DNA from: Escherichia phage EC148
DNA length: 64,000 nt
Direction: 5' to 3' (one strand)
Sequence record: NC_106721.1
A program made the translations under genes and the position numbers. Shown piece after piece: positions 57,608 to 64,000 of this stretch. Position 1 is the first letter of the stretch. Every line of letters starts with the position of its first letter. The notes under the pieces were generated by a model. It saw nothing but the letters and a program-made list of their open reading frames with translations, was not told the DNA's origin and did not search any database.

Positions 57608-57646
57608 TATTTTTCCATAAAGAAAAGGAGGACTCAAAGTCCTCCT
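57608..57646 (-). terminator. terminator downstream of the tape measure gene (minus)
   Basis: GGAGGACTTTGAGTCCTCC hairpin then TTTTCTTTATGG on minus strand. Confidence 0.55.
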
Positions 57647-57652
57647 CCAGTT

Positions 57653-60600
57653 TTAAGAATTTCCTAATGTTTTCAGACTAGCACCGTTCTCATTCAGAGC
57701 TAATTCTACTGCGTCTCTTAGAGCACTACTATTACTAGAAGCAAACTCTCTAAAACTTGCAGCATCCATAGCACTAATATTCAAGATGATAGGTCTTCCT
57801 GAAGTTGAGTTAGATGAAGTTTTTAGCTCATCATTAGGTGTAGCTTTCATAGGAATCATAGGGGTAACTACTTCTGTACCATGCTCACCCATTTGATAGC
57901 TAACCCCAGGGTACATATTACCACCCTCAGCACGAGGAACGAAAGAGTTAGCGCTACCTATACCTTGATCGCCACGAATATAAGACAGTTCACCTGCATT
58001 AGCAGACATGGACACATCTATATTCTTCTGACGTTCTCCTAAGGTTAGGTAACTAGTTGTATCCGCTCCAGAATCTGCAATACTTGACATACCAGATGCA
58101 GAAGATGCTTGAGCAAGAGCTAAGGCACCTGCCAAACCTGCCGCCACCATCAAAGGAATAGAGAACGGGTACGGTACAGCTGTCGCCGCTTGCATTACAG
58201 CTACTGCAGTTTGGATGATGATCTGCTTCTTAGCTGCGTCTTGTTGAATCTTCAACTTTTCAGCTTCTAGTTTCTTCAACTTAGCTTTAGATGCTTCTGA
58301 TTTACCATCACGTTTCTGCTCTGCTGCAATAGCCTGATCAATTGCACTAACCTGTTGACTAGTACTATATTGAATCATAGAGGCCACAGTCTGCATACCT
58401 GCTGCGATCGTGGAAGTAGTGTCTAAAGACCCCATAGAGAACTGAATCATAGCATTGGTTAAATTACCCATGCTTTGAGCTACAGCAGTTGCTTCGGAAT
58501 TTAACTCAGATAGTTTAGAAATTGCCTGATCATAAGAAGCCATTCTATTTCCCATATCAGCAAAATCTTTATCTTCTCCAGATAGTCCAGTTGTAGGAGT
58601 GTACACAGCACCTAAAGAAGATCCAACAGAAGCTTGCATCTCCGCATTTCTCTGTGCCCTTAAACCTGCTAGTTGTGCCCTAGTTTCAGCTATCTTTTTA
58701 TTATATTCCGCTTGTGCCGCAGCATTACCTAATGTTTTCTGCTTTAAGTCTTCATATAATTTTAGCTGTTCCTGTAAGCGCTCCGCATTTCCCATTAATG
58801 GTTTAGCAGTAAATTGTCTTTGCTGTTCTTCCTCTCTACCAGCAGCCATTGAAGCAATCTGATCTTGGCGGAATTTCCAGATTTCACGTTCAATTTGGGC
58901 TTGAGCACGTCTAGACTGTTCCGCCTCTTTCTGTTTATCAGCTTGTTTTGTATACCATTCGTACTTCTCTTTTTCAATGGTCAATTCAAGATTTAACTGT
59001 GCTAAACGATACTGAGTATCTGTCATAGTACGGTTATTTAAGAGAGCTATCTCACGGTCTACACCCAGAATTTTATCTGTATAATCCTTAACTTTCTTCT
59101 GAGCTTCCATACCCTGATTGGTAAGCTTAAGTTTCTCCAGCTGAATTTTTTCAATCTCTTTCTCAACAGCTTTATTTCCCTGATTAGTTTGAAGTACACG
59201 GCGTAAAGCAGCCTCTTGCTCTTCTAACTGTTGGAGTTCTAAACGCCTACCGGCTTCCTGTGCTTTTTCTTTATCTTTAGTTTGGTTGTATACGTCAGCT
59301 ATCTTCTGTTGAACTGCTAACTGGTTCTTAGTCTCATTACCGGTTAGTTTAACGTACTCAGATAAGGCCTGAGACGCAGTTTTCATTTCAGACAGAGTAT
59401 TATAGCCTAGGTTAAGGTTTTTAACATACTCGTCTGCACTTTTACCAGTACCTTGAGATAGTGATTCTATATTTTTTATAGCATCTGCTAAAGTAGCACT
59501 AGTCTTAGCAGCAGTATCTGTATTCTGAGCAACGTTCTGTATATCATTAGCTAAGTCACTAGCAGTTTTCTTAGTCTGATTATATGCCTTTTGTTGTTCA
59601 GTTAGTCCTTTTAATACAGTAGAGTTAAAATCGTATACAGCATCAGGATCAGTAGTATCTCTCTGTAGATTAATCTGTTTCTGAAACTCTGGATTAGCTT
59701 TTGCAGCAGCAGCTCCAGCAGCCTGATAAGCTGATTTCCAAGCATTGAGGTTCTCTGTAGAATCCTCTACTTCCTTACCGAGTCTAGTTACTTGTAGACC
59801 CATAGCTGCGGTTTCTTCTACAAACTTTTTATTAGCTTCGGAAGCACCCGCGGCTGCAATACCAACAGGAATACCTTCACCAACTTGACGTATAGCTAGT
59901 TTTGTATAGAAATCTGCTTGTTCCATTCGTTTATCGAACTCAGATTTTAGCTTATTACGCTTATCAAGAGATTCCTTATACATATCTAGAGCTTTATTAT
60001 AGCCTTCTTCAGAAGCAGCTAAACTTAAAGCAACAGCACCAACGTTGGTAGGGTCTATCTGTCTATTAGTTTTTTCTTGAGCTCTAGCTGCCTCAGCAGA
60101 TATAGAAGCCTGAGATGTATAAAATACTGTGTTGATAGCATCAATTACTGGCCCTAAATACTTAGCAGCAGCTTGTTGTATTTTTCTTAGTGCAGCATCT
60201 GCATTAGCAGCAAATTGCTCCCATGGAGTTGCACGTAGTACTTCATCTAGATAGCCAAACCGTTTAGTAGATTCAGCAATTACTGCATTAGCATATGCTT
60301 GTTGCTTCTGGAAAGTGGTAAGACTATTAACATTATATGTTATACCTGTGTTTGCAGCATTTAACTGTTTAACATAATCAGCGTATGCGTCATTAAGACG
60401 GATAGTGACACCAAGTTCATCCAGAAGTTCGATTTCTTGTTTAGATACGCCCTTAATTACACGGTTAAGTGCATCAGTCATATCAACGCCAAGAACAGCA
60501 GCCGCACGACGAGCTACTAAACCAAATTTATTAAGTTGTTCAGCATCAAATCCATAAGCAGATGCTGAAGATGCCTGTCTCATTGCTTCCTCAAAAGAAA

Positions 60601-61333
60601 TAGCATATCCAGCAGCTTCTTGTAGTGATCTAGCAAGGGTCTGAACAGGAGTACCTGTCTGAGTACCTACTATAACACCAAATTTTTCTAGACGATTTAG
60701 CTGATCACCTAGTTTAAGTTGTTCAAATGCTGATTGCAAAACGAAGATGTTGGAAGCAAGAGCTGCGTACATAATAGGTAGACTACCACCGATCTTAGCC
60801 ATTGCCGCAAAATCACGAGTTGCACCACGTGCTGAACCAGAGGTATTACCAATAGCTCTAGAAGCTCTACCAGCGGCACCAGCAGTGTCGTTAAAACCTC
60901 TAGCTGTACCACCTAATGCTCTATTAGTATCGTATAATCTATCCTGGACTTTTTCTGTTGCAGCTGCAACATCATTACCCATTGTTTTAACAGATCTAGA
61001 AACTCCATCAAATCCAATTTCTAGTTTATCTGTTACTTCAATAAGTTGGATAGCCAGGTAATCTAGCTTATCACCAATACCATCAATGGATTTAGTAATA
61101 CCAGCCATACCCCTACTAGCTTGCATTTTAGTAAGACTTTTCGCTGCTCTGTCTGCTGCCCTCTCAATGGAATAAAGAGTTCTGGGCATTTTACCTAACT
61201 GCTCATTTGTCAGTTCGGAAGCAGCAGCAGCATTTTCCAACGCATCAGATACGTTTTCAATAGACTTTGCAGTACGAGTTGCCCCCTTCTGTTTAACGTC
61301 TATTAGTAATTCTCGTATTAGCTTATCAGTCAT
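57653..61333 (-). CDS. tail tape measure protein (T5 pb2-like)
   Basis: 1226 aa, long Ala/Gln/Glu-rich coiled coil with hydrophobic C-terminal segment. Confidence 0.85.
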   Translation of the reverse strand: MTDKLIRELLIDVKQKGATRTAKSIENVSDALENAAAASELTNEQLGKMPRTLYSIERAADRAAKSLTKMQASRGMAGITKSIDGIGDKLDYLAIQLIEVTDKLEIGFDGVSRSVKTMGNDVAAATEKVQDRLYDTNRALGGTARGFNDTAGAAGRASRAIGNTSGSARGATRDFAAMAKIGGSLPIMYAALASNIFVLQSAFEQLKLGDQLNRLEKFGVIVGTQTGTPVQTLARSLQEAAGYAISFEEAMRQASSASAYGFDAEQLNKFGLVARRAAAVLGVDMTDALNRVIKGVSKQEIELLDELGVTIRLNDAYADYVKQLNAANTGITYNVNSLTTFQKQQAYANAVIAESTKRFGYLDEVLRATPWEQFAANADAALRKIQQAAAKYLGPVIDAINTVFYTSQASISAEAARAQEKTNRQIDPTNVGAVALSLAASEEGYNKALDMYKESLDKRNKLKSEFDKRMEQADFYTKLAIRQVGEGIPVGIAAAGASEANKKFVEETAAMGLQVTRLGKEVEDSTENLNAWKSAYQAAGAAAAKANPEFQKQINLQRDTTDPDAVYDFNSTVLKGLTEQQKAYNQTKKTASDLANDIQNVAQNTDTAAKTSATLADAIKNIESLSQGTGKSADEYVKNLNLGYNTLSEMKTASQALSEYVKLTGNETKNQLAVQQKIADVYNQTKDKEKAQEAGRRLELQQLEEQEAALRRVLQTNQGNKAVEKEIEKIQLEKLKLTNQGMEAQKKVKDYTDKILGVDREIALLNNRTMTDTQYRLAQLNLELTIEKEKYEWYTKQADKQKEAEQSRRAQAQIEREIWKFRQDQIASMAAGREEEQQRQFTAKPLMGNAERLQEQLKLYEDLKQKTLGNAAAQAEYNKKIAETRAQLAGLRAQRNAEMQASVGSSLGAVYTPTTGLSGEDKDFADMGNRMASYDQAISKLSELNSEATAVAQSMGNLTNAMIQFSMGSLDTTSTIAAGMQTVASMIQYSTSQQVSAIDQAIAAEQKRDGKSEASKAKLKKLEAEKLKIQQDAAKKQIIIQTAVAVMQAATAVPYPFSIPLMVAAGLAGALALAQASSASGMSSIADSGADTTSYLTLGERQKNIDVSMSANAGELSYIRGDQGIGSANSFVPRAEGGNMYPGVSYQMGEHGTEVVTPMIPMKATPNDELKTSSNSTSGRPIILNISAMDAASFREFASSNSSALRDAVELALNENGASLKTLGNS

Positions 61334-61344
61334 GTTTTATTTTT

Positions 61345-61381
61345 CCCAATAAAAAAGGCTCTGGGCAAATCACCCAGAGCC
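61345..61381 (-). terminator. hairpin plus T-run immediately upstream of the tape measure gene (minus)
   Basis: GGCTCTGGGTGATTTGCCCAGAGCC followed by TTTTTTATT on minus strand. Confidence 0.55.
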
Positions 61382-61416
61382 AAGCCTCATCGTGGAACGC
61401 CCATTGGAGGAAACTT

Positions 61417-61785
61417 TTACCGTGCACGAGATCTAGCATGTGGCTTAACGTTAGGAATCCTTCCGTTTTGCGGTTTATGCTGCTCAGCACGCTTACGTGC
61501 AGCATCTACAGCTTTAGCATCAAATATATTGATAATGTGTAGAACGAATTCTTTTTCTATAGGATCAGTAATCCCATAAATATCAAATAAAACACCTAAT
61601 GCAGCCTTATCCTTACCTATAAAAATAGGGAAGTCACCCGGTATGAAACAGTCAATTAGACTGTTATAAATATTCATACTAATAGATACAATAGGTGGAA
61701 AATCTTCGAGTTCAACGGGCATAGCCTTAGGATCAGGCTCTATACCCATTGACTCGCAAAGTATTAAATATTGTTGTTTAGTCAT
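61417..61785 (-). CDS. putative tail assembly chaperone
   Basis: Small ORF immediately upstream of the tape measure gene; call by position only. Confidence 0.35.
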   Translation of the reverse strand: MTKQQYLILCESMGIEPDPKAMPVELEDFPPIVSISMNIYNSLIDCFIPGDFPIFIGKDKAALGVLFDIYGITDPIEKEFVLHIINIFDAKAVDAARKRAEQHKPQNGRIPNVKPHARSRAR

Positions 61786-61846
61786 TTTAGATGCTGAGCT
61801 TTTAATACATTTGTCTGCAAAATCAGCAACAGCATCTAGGAGTTCT

Positions 61847-62251
61847 TTACGCTTTTGGGCTACGAAAAGTGTCTAAGTGGAACACTGTTTGGTTGATCCA
61901 AGAATCAAACGCAGCAGAGTTCTGCATAAGCATTACAGCATTATCGCGGCTAAAAGGAACTTCAGTAGCGGGATCAGCATCTGTTTCAATCAGCATCAGT
62001 TTTTCAACGTCACCTACAGTCAAACCAGTCCAACCTTTAATAGCTGCGTCAACAAATGCTTCAATGAACTTATCATCATCCTGCACTTGTATCAGTGTAC
62101 CATTAACCCATTCGTCACGTTTAGCAGAAGAAATAACACGTTTAGAGGTAGCGCGAGACATATAGTTAAGTTCTAGTTTAAAGTTTGGCATACCTGGGTA
62201 GGAAAGAGTAATAGTACGAGTATCAAGAGTAATATCTTTTAAATTAATCAT
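61847..62251 (-). CDS. putative tail assembly protein
   Basis: Small ORF in the tail module; call by position only. Confidence 0.35.
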   Translation of the reverse strand: MINLKDITLDTRTITLSYPGMPNFKLELNYMSRATSKRVISSAKRDEWVNGTLIQVQDDDKFIEAFVDAAIKGWTGLTVGDVEKLMLIETDADPATEVPFSRDNAVMLMQNSAAFDSWINQTVFHLDTFRSPKA

Positions 62252-63147
62252 TTTTTAATTTCTCCAAAGAAATCTATTCTCACTGGGTCTGAAGAAGCAG
62301 TAGGTATAATATCCCACTCAACTCTATACACATCTGAGAAATCTAGGCGTTTTGTAATACGTGCTGAAGGAAAATCTATAGAAATATTATTATTTCTTAT
62401 ATTTAAAGGTACATCTACCTCTGGTTCGACATTGTAAACCATATCTCCTGCAAAACGTTTTAAGTAATATAGAGAAATAGTTGCCGAAGCATTCATTTCA
62501 TTTACATAAGCTCTTTTATTATTATAGATTTTATTTATATCAAAAACACTCTTATCTTCTCTCCAAGAGCACTGCTGCTGGAAAGATAAAGAGGCAGAGA
62601 TAAGACCTGGTAAGACGCTACCATTAGTAGAAGCTATTACTGGGCTATAAGACATTACTTCACCCTGTATAATAGAACCTGCTTCTCTATATGTAGATAC
62701 TTCGGAAAATTTCCCCGATTCAATACCAACATTAAGAATTGGTATGTTCTTATCTAAAGAAAAATCTACCGTAGATACATAACAGTTTTCAAAATATACA
62801 CAGTTATTATCTTTATTTACTATATAGATATTGAACATAATAGGTTCAATATTATTACTATATAGTGGGAGTAAGAAAGTATTACCTTTTCTATCAAAAC
62901 CTAACCATTCAAAGAAGTTAGCCTCAGTAAGAGTATTACTGAAATTTACTGCTAGAGAGATAGAAGAGGGGGTTTGAGCATTTATAATAGAGTCTGCATA
63001 GTTAGTTCTACGATGAACAGTCCTACGAAGAGTCTTGAATTCCTCGTAGGAAGTCTGTATATCATAGTTTGATAGGGCATCAAAATGAAATGCCCTACCA
63101 TCATACTCAACTATAACTTTTGACTCTCTCATTAGAGAGTAGTACAT
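62248..63147 (-). CDS. putative tail protein, 299 aa
   Basis: ORF between tail tube gene and chaperone-like ORFs. Confidence 0.45.
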   Translation of the reverse strand: MYYSLMRESKVIVEYDGRAFHFDALSNYDIQTSYEEFKTLRRTVHRRTNYADSIINAQTPSSISLAVNFSNTLTEANFFEWLGFDRKGNTFLLPLYSNNIEPIMFNIYIVNKDNNCVYFENCYVSTVDFSLDKNIPILNVGIESGKFSEVSTYREAGSIIQGEVMSYSPVIASTNGSVLPGLISASLSFQQQCSWREDKSVFDINKIYNNKRAYVNEMNASATISLYYLKRFAGDMVYNVEPEVDVPLNIRNNNISIDFPSARITKRLDFSDVYRVEWDIIPTASSDPVRIDFFGEIKK

Positions 63148-63151
63148 TTAA

Positions 63152-64000
63152 TTAGCCACCAGCAGTAACTGTAATGCTCTTAGTACCTTCTACACCAGAA
63201 CCGTCTTTAGCTACAGCTTTGACAGTAACAGAACCTGTCTTAGTAGTGTCCGCAGTTAATAAACCAGATTCTGGATCAATTGTAGCTGCATCACCACTAG
63301 AAATAGACCAAGTTACAGCACTATTAGTAGCATCTGGCGGAGTTACTTCAACAGACATCTGTAGAGTATTACTGTTCTGTACTGAAGTAGCATTACCAGC
63401 AGATTTAACTGTGATTGATTCAACTAGTTTTGGTGGAGTTTTAGCTCCATCTCCTGTAGCAATCAGATTAGCCACAGTGGTTTTAGTATACTTGTTAGAG
63501 AAACCAAGATAACCTTCATCACCAGTATCCAAATCTGTAGGGATAGCTTTAAACTCTACTGAAGTACCAAGTACATCATCAGTCTCAATAGTAGGAATGT
63601 TAACGTGAGCCTGTTTAGCAACCAGCACAGCTGCCGGACGTTCATCATCGTATTCACCACCAAGGATAAGTGCGATTTCAAACTTGTTAACTACCTTCAA
63701 GGTTTTGATAAGATCTTTGTACAGTTCCATAGAACCAAGAGATTTATCATTTAGATAGGCAGTTAGTGAACCAGTTAATTCAAATGCACCAGTAAATGAA
63801 CCGATCGGAATATTTACACGGGACATAATATTCGGGGTTAGGTACGTGATGTTGTTATTAATGGTGAAAGTACCACCAGTAATAGGGATATCATATGCCT
63901 TATCAGAATCCATATCCTTAATTTTCAGGATAGTCAGTTTGTTCTTAATATAAGAACTCTGAATAGTCATATAAGTTTCATCATCAATACCTACAGTATC
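63152..64000 (-). CDS. major tail tube protein (pb6-like), C-terminal part with Ig-like domain; 5' end beyond window
   Basis: C-terminal Big_2-like Ig region (ITVKSAGNATSVQN...VTVKAVAKDGSG); reading frame stays open to the window edge. Confidence 0.6.
   Translation of the reverse strand, partial: DTVGIDDETYMTIQSSYIKNKLTILKIKDMDSDKAYDIPITGGTFTINNNITYLTPNIMSRVNIPIGSFTGAFELTGSLTAYLNDKSLGSMELYKDLIKTLKVVNKFEIALILGGEYDDERPAAVLVAKQAHVNIPTIETDDVLGTSVEFKAIPTDLDTGDEGYLGFSNKYTKTTVANLIATGDGAKTPPKLVESITVKSAGNATSVQNSNTLQMSVEVTPPDATNSAVTWSISSGDAATIDPESGLLTADTTKTGSVTVKAVAKDGSGVEGTKSITVTAGG

Overview
The window reads as about 64 kb of a T5-like (Tequintavirus-type) lytic phage genome, AT-rich, in three blocks. 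(1) 1-21.4 kb, mostly minus strand: a tRNA island (about 13 tRNAs folded by eye plus degenerate tRNA-like elements) interleaved with small ORFs, then nucleotide-metabolism genes (RNase H, thymidylate synthase, DHFR, NrdB, NrdA, PhoH); most units are preceded by one repeated strong sigma70-type promoter cassette. (2) 21.7-48.8 kb, plus strand: NrdD, a Zn-less Sir2-like protein, HAD-like hydrolase, a large Walker-A/DExD helicase-like protein, split NAD-dependent DNA ligase, DnaB-like helicase, primase, family-A DNA polymerase, SF2 helicase, SbcD/SbcC-like nuclease pair, Hjc-like protein, flap endonuclease and dUTPase. The flap endonuclease looks, from memory, nearly identical to T5 D15. (3) 48.8-64 kb, minus strand: tail module (L-shaped tail fibre with internal tandem repeats, collar, pb4/pb3/pb9-like proteins, tape measure, chaperone-like ORFs, and the 3' part of the tail tube gene, which runs off the window). 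The best candidate for an undescribed system is a self-contained plus-strand cassette at 5.0-6.8 kb encoding three low-complexity proteins (acidic/Gly-zipper, Gln-rich, Cys-rich) with no recognisable motifs. Other items worth a second look: an ORF with an in-frame TGA beside the tRNA island, tRNAs with unusual anticodon/variable-arm combinations, a NADAR (YbiA-like) protein, an SPFH protein, a lipobox lipoprotein, tandem paralogues, and a roughly 500 nt ORF-free leader. All calls come from reading the sequence and motif recognition; no searches or folding programs were run, and protein sizes quoted for T5 are recollection.
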